The notes beneath the pieces are model-generated. The model was not told where the DNA came from. It searched no databases and worked only from the letters and a program-made list of their open reading frames with translations. The position numbers were made by a program, and so were the translations under genes. A DNA stretch of 55,430 bases from Chiloscyllium plagiosum (Eukaryota). The stretch is taken from the NCBI RefSeq assembly GCF_004010195.1, contig NC_057720.1, positions 18,545,191-18,600,620 of the forward strand. Reading direction: 5' to 3'. Of this stretch, positions 12,383-24,440 are shown one piece after another. Numbering within the stretch: the first letter of the stretch is position 1; each line of letters begins with the position of its first letter.

Positions 12383-14630
12383 TATCGTAGCAAAGATGCG
12401 CGGGAAGCCGGAGGACTGGGAAACTTTTAAAGAGCAACAGAAGATAACTAAAAAGGCAATACGGTGAGGAAAAAATGAGGTATGAAGGCAAACTGGCCAA
12501 AAATATAAACGAGGATAGTAAAAGTTTTTTTAGGTGTGTGAAAAGAAAAAATGGTTAAGACTAAAATTGGGCCCTTGAAGACAGCAGTGGGTGAATTTAT
12601 TATGGGGAACAAAGAAATGGCTGAAGAGTTGAATAGGTACTTTGGATCTGTCTTCACTGGGGAAGACACAAGCAATCTCCCAGATGCAATAGTGGCTGAA
12701 GGCCTAGGGTAATGGATGAACTGAAGGGAATTTATATTAGGCAGGAAATGGTGTTGGATAGACTGTTAGGTCTGAAGGCTGATAAGTCCCCGAGACCTGA
12801 TGGTCTGCATCCCAGGGCACTTAAGGAAGTGGCTCTAGAAATTGTGGGTACATTGGTAATCATTTTCCATTGTTCTCTAGATTCAGGATCAGTTCCTGCG
12901 GATTTGGAGGGTGGCTAATGTTGTCCAACTTTTCAAGAAAGGAGGGAGAGAGAAAACAAGGAATTATAGACTGGTTAGCCTGACGTCAGTGGTGGGAGAG
13001 GTGCTGGAGTCCATTATAAAAGTTGAAATTACGACTCATTTGGATAGCAGTAACAGGATAGGTCGGAGTCAGCATGGATTTACAAAGGGGAAATTGTGCT
13101 TGACTAATCTTCTGGAATTTTTTAAGGATGTAACTATAAAGATGGACAAGGGAGAGCCAGTGGATGTAGTGTACCTGGACTGTCAGAAAGCCTTTGATAA
13201 AGTCCCACATAGGAGATTAGTGAGCAAAATTGCGGCACGTGATATTGGGGGCAAAATACTGACTTGGATTGAGAATTGGCTCGCTGACGTGAAGCAAAGA
13301 GTAGTGATAAACGGGTCCCTTTCGGAATGGCAGGCAGTGACCAGTGGAGTACCACAAGGTTCAGTGCTGGGATCGCACTGTTTACAATATACATTAATGA
13401 TATAGATGAAGGTATTAAAAGTAATATGAGCAAATTTGCTGAAGACACAAACCTGGGTGGCAGGGTGAAATGTGAGGAGGATGTTCTGAGAATACAGGGA
13501 GACTTGAGCAGGCAAGGTGAGTAGTGGACGGATCTGTGGCAGATGCAGTTTAATGTGGACAAATGTGTGGTTATCCACTTTGGTGGCAAGAACAGGAAGG
13601 CAGATTACTATCTATAGAACATAGAAGAATACAGTGCAGTACAGGCCCTTCGGCCCTCGATGTTGCGCCGATCCAAGCCCACCTGACCTACACTCGCCCA
13701 CTATCCTCCATATGCCTATCCAATGCCCGCTTAAATGCCCATAATGAGGGAGAGTCCACCACTGCTACTGGCAGGGCATTCCATGAACTCACGACTCGCT
13801 GAGTAAAGAACCTACCCCTAACATCTGTCCTATACCTACCTCCCCTTAATTTAAAGCTATGCCCCCTTGTATCTAGTATCTAAATGGAGTCAAGTTAGGT
13901 AAAGGGGCAGTACAACAAGTTCCAAGCTTTCTTGTACACCTGTCAATGAGAGCAAGTGTGCAGGTACAGCAGGCAGTGAAGAAAGCTAATGGCATGCTGG
14001 CCTTCAAAACAAGAGGAATTGAGTATAGGAGCAAAGAGATCCTTCTGCAGCTGTACACGGCCCTTGTGAGACCGCACCTGGAGTATTGTGTGCTGTTTTG
14101 GTCTCCAAATTTGAGGAAGGACATTCTGGCTATTGAGGGAGTACGGCATAGGTTCATGAGGACAATTCCCAGAATGGCAGGACTATCATATGTTGAAAGG
14201 TTGGAGCGACTGGGCTTGTATACATTTGAATTTAGAAGGATGAGAGGGGATCTGATTGACATGCATAAGATTATTAAAGGATTGGACACTCTGGAGGCAG
14301 GAAGCATGTTTCTGCTGATAGGTGTGTCCAGAACCAGAGGGGACAGTTTAAAACTAAGGGGTGGGCCATTTAGAACAGAGTTGAGGAGAAACTTCTTCAC
14401 CCAGAGAGTGATGGATATATGGAATGCTCTGCCCCAGAAGGTAATGGAGGCCAAGTCTCTGGATAATTTCAAGAAAGAGATGGATAGAGCTCTTAAAGAT
14501 AGTGGAATCAAGGGATATGGGGATAAGGCAGGAACTGGATACTGATTGTGGATGATCAGCCATGATCATACTGAATGGTGGTACTGGCTCGAAGGGCTGC
14601 ACGACCTACTCCTGCACCTATTGTCTATTA
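12383..14630 (+). mobile_element. CR1 LINE, about 2 kb ORF2 RT region with frameshifts and a nested insertion
   Basis: KSPRPDGLHPRALKE, NYRLVSLTS, SQHGF, KAFDKVPH, GVPQGSVLG, LEYCVLFWSP, FFTQRV motifs in order. Confidence 0.95.
13615..13869 (-). mobile_element. CR1 3' end nested antisense within a CR1
   Basis: Tail tagaacatagaag; flanked by TATCTA at 13609-13614 and 13870-13875/13877-13882. Confidence 0.8.
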
Positions 14631-14889
14631 TCTTCCATTGATTGTGATGGATTATTCCACACTTGTCTGGATGTATGCACCTCCAACAATACTGAAGGTC
14701 AACATGATCCAAAAGATGCGTCCCATTTAATTTGCATCCCACCTACCACTTAGAACATTCATTTCCTCCATCATTGACATACATGGCAGCTTTGTGTTCC
14801 ATCTACATGTTTCACTGTGGTCACTTCATCTTCAACAACACCTTTCAAGCCCATATCTTCTACCCCAGCCAAAGCATCCACATCTTGTG

Positions 14890-15683
14890 AACAAATTTTA
14901 AATATTAGGCCAAGGACCAACCTTGGTTTGGCAAGGGAGCAAAGGATGCATATCTAAAATGATATGCAAATTTGGTGCAGTTACAATAGAGACACGGGCA
15001 GATTGGGAGGCAAATTTTGAAAAGATGTGTAAGTAATAGGGTTGTTGTTGTGGGTGACTTTAACTTCACTAGATGGGGGCATGAAAAAGCTTTCGTGAGT
15101 AGGATTAAGGAAAACCCTGAAGTGTTCTATACTTATGCGAGGAACAAGAGGATAGCCAGGGTGAGAGTAGGGCTGATCAGGGATAGTGGAGGGAACTTGT
15201 TCCTGGAGTTGGAGAAGGTAGGGAAGGTCCTTAATGAATACTTTGCTTGAGTATTCATTACTGAGTTTCTGAGGACAGCACAAAACAGGCTGACATGCTC
15301 GAACTGGTTGATGTTAAGAATGAGCAAGTGCTGAAAACTTTGAAAAACAGGATAATTAAGTCCATGGGCCAGATGGCATATACCCAAGGTTACTAAGGAA
15401 GTGAGGGAAGAGATTGCTGCACCTTTTGGCGATGATCCATGCGACCTCACTGTCCACTGGAGTAGTGCCAGATGATTGGAGGGTGGGAACTGTTATTCCC
15501 TTCTTCAAAAAAGAGAATAAGGATAATCCTGGGAATTACAGATCAGTCAGTCTCACATCTGTGGTGGGCAAATTATTGGAGACAATTCTGGGAGACAATT
15601 CTGAGAGACAAGATTTATGATTACTTGGAAAACCATAGTTTGATTGGAGATAGTCAGCATGACTTTGTGAGGGGTACGTCATT
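14890..15683 (+). mobile_element. CR1 LINE fragment with internal deletion
   Basis: VVVGDFNF joined directly to HEKAFVSRIKENP, then PDDWRV...NYRSVSLTS, SQHDF. Confidence 0.85.
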
Positions 15684-16408
15684 TTGGTTAGGGTTTCTGG
15701 ATGTGTTTTGTCTGTTTGTTTGGGTTTGTTGCTGAGCAATTGGTGTCCAGAAACCCTAGCCGCTCTCCCCTACATCAAAGACATTTCAGAAATGACTGCC
15801 AGACTACTCAGACCCCTTGGCATCATGGTAGCCCACAAGCCCACCAACACACTAAAACAGCAGCTAATGAACTTGAAAGATCATATACAGACAACAAGCA
15901 AAACTAACGTCATTTACAAAATACTGTGCAAGGATTGTATCAAACACTACATTGGACAAACAGGCAGAAAACTAGCTACCAGGATACATGAACATCAACT
16001 AGCCACAAAACGACATGACCCTCTCTCACTAGTATCCTTACATACAGATAAGGAAGGACACCACTTTGACTGGGACAACACATCCATCCTAGGACAAGCC
16101 AAACAGAGACACACATGAGAATTCCTTGAAGCATGGCATTCCAACCAGAACTCTATCAACAAACACATCGAATTAGACCTCATCTACCACCCCCTGAGAA
16201 AAGGAACCGGAAATGATGTAATCACAGGAATCACCAGCCCAAAGAAACCCAAACATAAATAGAAAGCAGGAATCATGTACACTGCTTTGCCTGAGGCCCA
16301 CTGATGATGTTACCTAGTAGGATGATGAAACATCTGGAAATGAACCTCCCAGCTCAGCGAGCAAACCTACATCCAGAACCTCAACCTGAGCTACAAATCT
16401 CAAAACTC
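15684..16408 (+). mobile_element. Penelope-like element (family B), GIY-YIG domain plus 3' end, with inverted 5' piece
   Basis: LPYI...NVIYKILCKDCIKHYIGQTGRKLATRIHEH is a GIY-YIG with CxxC; hammerhead-like motif at 16298-16337. Confidence 0.92.
16298..16337 (+). ncRNA. Hammerhead ribozyme motif, partly decayed (PLE family B)
   Basis: cca-CTGATGA-tgttacctagtaggatgat-GAAAC-ATC-tgg; stem I cca/tgg. Confidence 0.6.
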
Positions 16409-16906
16409 AATGATCAGTTCTTCAGTTTTGCCTTCTGTTTTTTAACTTGTCATTGTTAGATATCCGTCCTACTACGGTGGAACCAAACTGAGTATACAAA
16501 AACAACAAGGTTTCAGAACATGAGAGGGCGTTGGAGTCGTCACAAATAATCAAGTGGGCTGAATTTGTTTCTGGATCATATGTTCTAGAATGTGCTATCT
16601 TATTTGCAGTAAAAAAATCAAGACAGTAGGGAATTGATTCATAGGAGTAATGACACCTTGAAGAAGTGCAGTTCAGATCATGGCACTAATCAGCTTTGAC
16701 ACTGCAAAGGAGTGAACAATATGGTGTAAAAGTGCAGTTGTTATAGGAAATTCCATGGAAGGGGGAACAGATGGGTCTTTTTGTAACTGTCATTGTGAAA
16801 CTAGCCTTGCATGTTAACCCTTGCACCAACTCTGATGTTCGCTATCCTGGCACCAAGGAGGCATTGAGGAAGACCATTCTTTATACAGTGAGTGGTATCT
16901 GCCTGT

Positions 16907-17228
16907 GGGTGGCACGGTGGCACAGTGGTTAGCACTGCTGCCTCGCAGCGCCAGAGACCCGGGTTCAATTCCCGCCTCAGGCTACTCTCTGTGTGGAGTT
17001 TGCACATCCTCCCTGTGTCTGCGTGGGTTTCCTCTGGGTGCTCCGGTTTCCTCCCACAATCCAAAAATGTGCAGATTAGGTGAATTGGCCATGCTAAATT
17101 GCCCGTAGTGTTAGGTGAAGGGGTAAATGTAGGGGAATGGGTCTGTGGTACGCTTCGGCGAGTCGGTGTTGACTTGTTGGGCCGAAGGGCCTGTTTCCAC
17201 ACTGTAAGTAACGTAAGTAATCTAATCT
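16907..17228 (+). mobile_element. HE1-type V-SINE, full length, (TAATC)n tail
   Basis: Box A tggcacagtgg, box B ggttcaattcc, V-domain gtgtggagtttgcac...gggtttcctc, LINE-like 3' end ttgggccgaagggcctg. Confidence 0.92.
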
Positions 17229-17585
17229 GCACCAGAATCTACTGACTGTCAGTATGCTGGACTTTCATGTCCTTGACTATACCTTCTACCACATTTTTGT
17301 TATTCTGCCTCTAAAACATAGGTCACAATATCACTATGCTGGTATATTGTCTTCACCATCTTCCTAATGCTCCTCTTTTGAAACTCTTTGGAAGCTGTTT
17401 GGAATGTTATGATGTTATAATTTGTTCTTACTTTGCCACTTAGGAATAACATGAAAATGTCTTTTGACATGATGTTGAAGTGAAAATACCCTTCCACATT
17501 TCAGTGCTACATAAATAAAAATTATTATTTTATTTCAAACCTGGATGTACAATTAAACTTAGGATGGTTTTATTTTTCTCTCCAG

Positions 17586-17778
17586 TGTCCGTTTAGGTGA
17601 CCAGTCTGATGACTGTTCTCAGCAGGGTTATTCCCCTGCTTTGACCACGGAAGATCTCTCTCAGTCTGATCCAATGGTTCCTGCAATGAATAATCGTCAT
17701 GTGACTATGGCTGAAAGAATGACGCCACAGAAATGTGTTTTCAGCAACATAAGTCCAACCAGCAGTTTTGGAGGCAGG
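17586..17778 (+). CDS. CCDC18: CCDC18-like coding exon 2 (VRLGDQSDD...PTSSFGGR)
   Basis: tttttctctccag acceptor, AGG|gtaaat donor, open frame, phase 2 in and phase 0 out; low-complexity Ser/Pro linker. Confidence 0.75.
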
Positions 17779-18291
17779 GTAAATTTTTTGCACTCAAATG
17801 ACCTTTGTTTCTTGGATATTTTTAAATCTGCAATAGTAAATTGTTACTGCTTTTGACTGTTGAGAGCTCTGTTTTCTCTCTCTCTCTCGCTCTTGGTCTC
17901 TCTTTTGCTTCCCTCTCTCCCACTCTTCCCGTCTTCTCCTTCTCTCCTCTCCTTGAGTGTATGCTGCCAATCTGCTATTTGAAAGTAAATGTATAACTGT
18001 CCCTGCAAATTAAAATGTCAGGAAATTCTTCTTTTTTCTAACTTTATACATTAAAGATTACTTTGTGTTCTCTAATGCCTTTCAGTACTTAGGCTGATTT
18101 CATACTCTGTCATGCAGATGAGAAGTCCCTTCTGCTGCTGATTTCCATTTGGTTTAAAGCATAACATTTCTCATGTTTGGTGAGGTATTGGAGAACTTTA
18201 CTTCATCAAAAGTGATTGACTTCAGAATAGGGCAGGTGGTCAGGAAAAAGCCATGAATAATATCACATTTCAACATGTTTTGTATTTTTAG

Positions 18292-18456
18292 ACATCTCAG
18301 GTGCCAAGCACATTTGCTATTGAGCAAGAAAATGAACAATTATGGAAAAAGCTCAGTACACTTAGAGAGGACAATGCCCGTTTGGTGTCCCAGAATCACA
18401 GTTTGGTACGCGAGATTGAAAGTATACAAGCGGAGCTGACTCAGTCAAAAGTTAAA
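18292..18456 (+). CDS. CCDC18: CCDC18-like coding exon 3 (TSQVPSTFAIEQENEQLWKKLSTLREDNARLVSQNHSL...ELTQSKVK)
   Basis: ttttag acceptor (alternative in-frame cag gives start 18301), AAA|gtgagt donor, phase 0/0. Matches the recalled CCDC18 segment LRQQNACLVTQNHSL...ELTQSRAK. Confidence 0.9.
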
Positions 18457-19789
18457 GTGAGTATTCCAGATGTATATGCATTACATGCATAACAGCTGGG
18501 TTCGTATTCAGATAATCTTAAAAACCTTTACTTGCATTATTATAAGGACTACATTTCAGATGTTGCAGTTCATGGCTTAATGGAGGAGGAGAAGCAAATG
18601 AACTGAGAAATAATGTGGAAATGGAATATTGAAATATATTTTCATAATTTATATAGATCTCAAATATAGGAACTCAAATTCAAAAGCACTGGTAATCCAG
18701 AATTTTTCTTGAGCACACATAAACCTCCAAGATTGGCCATGTTATTAATAACAAGAAATATGACAAAATCTGTCAAGCTTCTCATGTTTTTCAAGGCACA
18801 ACTTAAAGGTCTTTGTCAAGTACAAATTTCTGTAACATTAAAGCAGGTGAAGGAGTGTGGGTAGAAGAAAGTGCAAACAGAGGTATGTTTCAAGGAGGTT
18901 TTTGAGGATGGGCAGAGATGTGTTTCACGCACAGTAATTAGTCAGTTGATACAGGTTCTAACCAAATGTTTTCTTCTGTTAAAGAGCTCAAAACTTTGGA
19001 ATCATGGAAAATACGATTGTATTCTTCAAAAGTAAATAGACGTCTGTAAATCATTTTGGAATCTCCTGAGCTTTTGTTAAAAAATCCTGTATTCTTTTTG
19101 AGATACATTTGTGATATTTGCCTCCAGTATTCCTTGTAAGCTATGGCTCAGTTGGTAACAGTCTCATCTGAATCACAAGGTTCAAGTCCTATTCCAGGAT
19201 TTGCCTGAGATGTTTCTCAGTTTTCTTCAAAATCTGAACAGCATTCTTGAAGTTGAGGAGTAATTTGGAAATGAGAAACACTCAGTGAAGTGTTAATTGC
19301 TTCCACCTGCCATTCCAACATTATTATAAATTATCTAAAATTGCTCATGTAAAATGACTAAAATCAGATGTGTTACCAGCTGCAATATCTAAATATGAAA
19401 TCACATTTTTGCCCTTTAAGGAAGTGCACCACATTGGAGGAGGTAAAAATCTAATTAATTGTTGTGATGAAACACTAGGACACTTATAAGTATATTTGCA
19501 TTTGAACGAAAGCCAAAATGCTTCTGACAGTATAATAGGGATGACACTTCAAAATTACATGTTCAACTGTTATGTTCTTTTGGAACATACTGAAGTGGTG
19601 AAGGCACAGTCGAAGAGCTTGTTCCATTCCAATAAATGCAATCATGTGATATGGGGGTTTAAATGTTCCTAAGTCCCACTGTCAGGATGTCTCAAAATAG
19701 TGAATTCTTGTGGCCCCTTTGAAGAAAGGTGTACAATCTAGATACATCATCTTTGAAGTTTGAATTACAACTTCATCTCAGTCCAAAAT

Positions 19790-20352
19790 GGCTTACACAG
19801 TATTCTTAGACTGCGACCCTTCACTCTGGACTTTCCCTCCTTACCATGTCTTATCCTGTTAGAATTTTACAGGTGTCTATGAAATCTCCCCATGTTGTTC
19901 TTCTAATATCTAGTGTATTTAACAAACCAGTCCTGTCTGTCTTCGTACATCAGTCCTGCCACCTCAGGAATCTATCTGGTAAACCCTTGTTGCACTCCCT
20001 CTATTGCCAAACATTCATTCTTGGATAGGGAGACCAAAATTGTATGCAAACTCCAGGTGTAGTTATGCCAAAGCCCTGCACAATAGCAGGAAGACATCCC
20101 CTACTCCTGTGCTGTAAATCTCTTACTATGAAGATCAATGTAAGTTTGACTTCACTTCCCGCTGCACCTGCATGCTTACTTTCAGTGACTGATTAACAAA
20201 GGTCTCGTTGCACTTCCCCTTGCCCATTTTCTATCACAGTTCAGACAACTTGTCTTCCTCTTTTAGCTACCAAAGTGGATAACCTCACATTTATCCACAT
20301 AATTCATCCGCCATGCATTGGCTCACTCACTCAGCTTATGCAAATCACACTA
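19790..20352 (-). mobile_element. Old CR1 LINE fragment
   Basis: Degenerate reverse-complement homology to 13550-14350. Confidence 0.7.
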
Positions 20353-20355
20353 AAG

Positions 20356-20460
20356 TAAAACATAAATTGCTGGAGAAGCTCAGCAGGTCTGGCAGCATTT
20401 GTGGAGAGAAAGCAGAGTTAACATTTTGAGTCCAGTGATCAGTCTTCAGAACTGGAACCA
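20356..20460 (-). mobile_element. PLE 3' end (family C) with decayed hammerhead
   Basis: Minus strand gtt-CTGAAGA-ctgatcactggactc-AAAATGTT-aac followed by aatgctgccagacctgctgag. Confidence 0.65.
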
Positions 20461-20991
20461 GCTATTAGTAAAGGACTCCAGGGCAACTCCCTCCTGACTG
20501 TGTATCCCACTCTTCCACCACCTCTGCTGAGTATGTTCTGCTATTGGGACAAGACATAACCAGGGATGTTGATGATTGTATCTGTGACATTCTGTAAGGT
20601 ATTGTTGGAGGAAAATGATTAAATAAATCACTTGACACCCAGAGTCTACTTCCAGCATCAAGGAGTTTATTGAAGTTACACTGGTGTGACAGCAACTCTG
20701 GGAGTCCAGAAACCTTTTTCACTGCAAGTGGAAAGACCAACTTTTTAAAGTTTGTTTTCAGCCTGCCTTTGACCAATACAAACCAATCATATTACTAATT
20801 GATTACATAAGCATCTACTCAGGTTATTCATGTGACTGCATGGTCAGTGATTAGCAGCCTTATGGATGACCTTCAGTCTTCCATGATCTCATGATGTTTA
20901 CCACACACTTGGCCTTTTACAATGTATATTATTAAACCACATTCCAATGCTTATAACTTCTGCACCTGTAATTCAGTCTTCTCTGTAAACA

Positions 20992-21330
20992 GTCAGAAAG
21001 TGTTGTGCTAGAAAAGCACAGCAGGTCAGGCAGCATCAAAGGAGCAGGAGAAACTATATTTCAGGCATTAGCCCTTCATCAGGAATGCTGCCTGACCTGT
21101 AGTGCTTTTCCAGTGCCACAATTTTCGATCCAACAGTAGTACATTCGCCAACTTTAAGGGCATTTAAATGATCGTTGGATAAACATGGATGATAATGGAA
21201 TAGTATAGGTTAGATGGGCTTTGGATTGGTTTCACAAGTTGACGCAACATCGAGGGCCAAAGGGCCTGTACTGTGCTGTAATGTTCTATGGCTGTGATCT
21301 CCAGCTTCGGCAGTCCTCGCTTTCTCCTCC
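20992..21330. mobile_element. Fold-back PLE family A terminus, interrupted by a CR1 3' end (about 21132-21292)
   Basis: gaaaagcacagcaggtcaggcagcat / atgctgcctgacctgtagtgcttttc arms around a minus-strand hammerhead remnant (tcatcag 21076-21082). Confidence 0.75.
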
Positions 21331-22050
21331 TGCCTGTAAACAATATGGTTGCCTTTTCTTACTGTCTAAGCCTGTCTGTCCAGAGTTATTTAGTGGAATG
21401 TTTTAATATTTTTAAAGAGAAATTATATTTCAAAATCTATAACTATGTTTATCTGTATTATGTACTTAACAAAAGTAACTATTTGTGATGGATCTCAGAT
21501 CTGAAATCAGCGAGGTATGGAATTCTTCTGTCAGCATTCTCAAGCATGTCTTTATCCAGCTGTTTCTGTATGAATAACTGCAAACTGCAGCTGCAGCTTG
21601 CAACAAGACCTTTTATCTACTATCTTACTCTTATTACCTTGGATGTATTCTGTCTACTAAGCTACAATCGTCCTAACGTATGGCTAACTTTATTAGTACA
21701 CTAAACAAACTACTGCTTCAGCTAAAAAGAAGTCTTCACCACCATCTTATGTCAACTAAAACTCATGGGCAGCCATTTTTAGACCACCTTTAGCCGGGGC
21801 ATCCCCAACAGTATAATTCTATGAGTTTGGCTATGTCAGGCTGTTACTTGACTAGTCAGGGAGTCCGTTCTCCCAATCTTCACACTAGCAGCCCGATATT
21901 AATAAGGAGGACTTTGTAGGGTTGACAGGGCTGTTTCTCCCTATACCTTTTGATGCATTTTGCCCTAAGAATTGTATCTAACTCCTTTTTGTAACATTGA
22001 ATGTTTTGATCTCAGCTGCTTTCAGTGGCAGAGAATTTAACAGGCTTACC

Positions 22051-22337
22051 GGAACTCTATCAACAAACACATTGAGTTAGACCCCATCTGCCACCCCCTG
22101 AGAAAAAAAATCAGGAAATGACATCACCACAGGAAATTATGTCATATTAGGAAATGACATCACCAACACAAAGAAACCTAAACATATAAATGGAAAGCAG
22201 GAATTACCAGCAGTGCTTCGCCTGGAGGCCCACCTGAAGATGTTACCTAATAGGGTCTGGAAATGAACCTTTCAGCTCCGCAAGCAAGCCTACATCCAGA
22301 ACCTCAACCTGAGCTACAAATCTTCTCAAAACTCACT
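22051..22337 (+). mobile_element. PLE family B 3' fragment inserted in a CR1 remnant
   Basis: Colinear with 16148-16408. Confidence 0.85.
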
Positions 22338-22461
22338 GGCTGAAATAAATTCTCCTCATGTCAAACCCAAATGGCCTCACCATTATCCTTCTACTGTGAC
22401 TCCTGGTTCAATACTCCCAGGTTGTCTGGAATATCTGAAAGATTGGATTTGTTTTTCCAGG

Positions 22462-22462
22462 A

Positions 22463-22512
<50 letters not shown>
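22462..22512. repeat. Compound (AT)n(AG)n microsatellite
   Basis: Direct reading. Confidence 0.95.
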
Positions 22513-22727
22513 TTTTCGTAATTGGTTTAGATTATTAATTTGATAGCTTTAACACAATTGTGATTATATTGAGTGCCCATTTATTCGGGAAATTATATTG
22601 GAAAAGGATACTTTTTGAGATGGGAGAAAATTTTCAAAAGTAGACAGTGCAAGTATTCAAAACATTTTAGTTGTATTCATGTATGTCAAAAATGAACCTC
22701 AAATTTCTTTCTTGTTTTAACTCTCAG

Positions 22728-22837
22728 TTTTGTCATCTTGAACCATCTATTAATGAAAAGGCACTCCATATTTCTCAGCTAAATGAAGATATCTTGGGTT
22801 TGGAGGCAGAAGTAGAGGCTCAAGAGAAAGTTCTCAG
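22728..22837 (+). CDS. CCDC18: CCDC18-like coding exon 4 (FCHLEPS...LEAEVEAQEKVLR)
   Basis: ctctcag acceptor, AG|gtaatt donor, phase 0 in and 2 out. Matches recalled LEAEVSAQDKVLR. Confidence 0.9.
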
Positions 22838-23669
22838 GTAATTTGCAGAGCAGAGATTCGCTTTTTATTTCAGTTTTCACATGTTTTGGTTCTGCCCTCA
22901 ACATTCCCTCGGTTACAGGAGAGCTGGTGTTCTGGAGGAGTGTTGTGGCTAAATCACCACAAAGTACCTTTAATTTGGCTACTTATTGAGAAATCTCACA
23001 GGCTATCAAGTATTGAAACAGTGATTTTAAACTTTATTGCATGTAGCAACCAAAATAAGACTTCTCAAGTAAGCAAATTAAGCCTCACAACTCAACTTGA
23101 CTATTAGCCAATTAATGGTGGAATTTACCTACAATTCTAACCAAAAGCATCTGTTTTTGAAAGTGGACAAGTTTCAATTCTTGTACAGTTTGTTATTCAA
23201 AGTTCTGTTAATGAAGGGTTCTGGTGTTGGATTATTATACAGATTTTCGTCCTTCTGGTCTATGATGTGATTTTATTGATGAATCTTTCGATTTCTTTCA
23301 TCCAAAATTTGTTGACTGTTTTGCAATCTCTGAGACTGCAGCTTTATCCCTGATTAGAAGTAACTTCTTTGTTCCTTGTTACATTTGGCTTTAACTGTCT
23401 AAGACACAGCTTTCCTGTGATTAACTCCTTAATTTCTGGCAGTCAGTTATCCTTGTGGCAACAAAGCAGCCAGTTATCAAGCAGACATCAAAACAGTTTT
23501 GTTCATGTATTTTCAACTTGCTCTATTCCCAGACATGGCTAATTGCTTTCAGTTCCTATATAAGTTTGTCCTTGTCCTTTAATGTTTATTCTAGACAGTT
23601 ATTGCTGCTTTTTTCCATACTTAACACTTTATCTTTGTTGATCCTTTCAATCCATGAATAGTTATTTAA

Positions 23670-23942
23670 GTCCTGGTGTTGCCTGAGTCAAAAGATTATA
23701 AGTTCAAAGCTTAAGAACAAAGTGAAGGATCCTCGCATTGATGAATGTGCATAACTTCAAATGAGACATTAAGTGAAGATTCATTGACTTATTCACGTGA
23801 ATGATACACTTCCACTAATTAAAATGGAACACTAGGTTCTTTTGCTATCCTGGTCAATATTCTTCCCTGAAACAAAACCGGTTTATCTGGTCATTCATTT
23901 ACAGTTTGAGAACTTTGCCGTGAATAATTAGACTGCTGTTAA
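23670..23942 (+). mobile_element. Deu-domain SINE (SacSINE1-like) remnant
   Basis: atgagacattaa...tcctggtcaatattcttccct...ttatctggtcatt follows the recalled Deu-domain consensus order. Confidence 0.55.
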
Positions 23943-23946
23943 TAAA

Positions 23947-24244
23947 TCACAGAATCTCTACAGTGTGGAAGCAAGCCAGTCGGTCCATTGAGTCCACACC
24001 AACCCCTCAAACAGCAGCCCACCCCGCCCTACCCTATTCTTGCAATCCACCTAGCCTTTAACCTCTGAGCAATATGGGCAATTCAGCATGGCTAATCCAT
24101 CTACCTGCACGTCTTTGGACTGTGGGAAGAAACCCACGCAGACGCAAGGATAATTGGCAAACTCCACACAGACAGTCGCCTGAGGCTGGAATCGAAACCC
24201 GGTGCTTGTTGCTGTGAAGCAGTTGTGCTAACCACTGAGCCACC
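23947..24244 (-). mobile_element. HE1-type SINE
   Basis: Reverse-complement homology to 16907-17228. Confidence 0.85.
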
Positions 24245-24440
24245 CTAATAGTCATTATCTATAGACTATTAATCCAGACAGCCAGGTAATGCCCTGGGGA
24301 CCCAGGTTTGAATTCTGGCAATATTCCAGAGTAGTGGGTTGATTAGTTTGTGAGTTTGAGTTTTGCACGTATATTGATTAACTGGAAACATGGGTGATTT
24401 AGGAGTGTTGGCTAACAGATGAAAAGGACCATTGGTGATT

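Noticed and set aside
13134..14511. Long minus-strand ORFs (151, 131 and 212 aa)
   Set aside because: Antisense shadows of CR1 reverse transcriptase sequence; the same applies to 6108-6554, 24675-25022 and 48211-48534.
15579..15609. 13-bp tandem duplication gagacaattctg(g/a) inside a CR1
   Set aside because: Ordinary slippage-type mutation in a dead element.
16907..16980. tRNA-like sequence with A and B boxes
   Set aside because: It is the head of a multi-copy SINE and continues into the V-domain and LINE-like tail; not a tRNA gene.
20603..21810. Two further TG...CA-bounded segments (about 20603-20905 and 21484-21810) as solo LTRs
   Set aside because: No convincing TSD and no second copy in the window.
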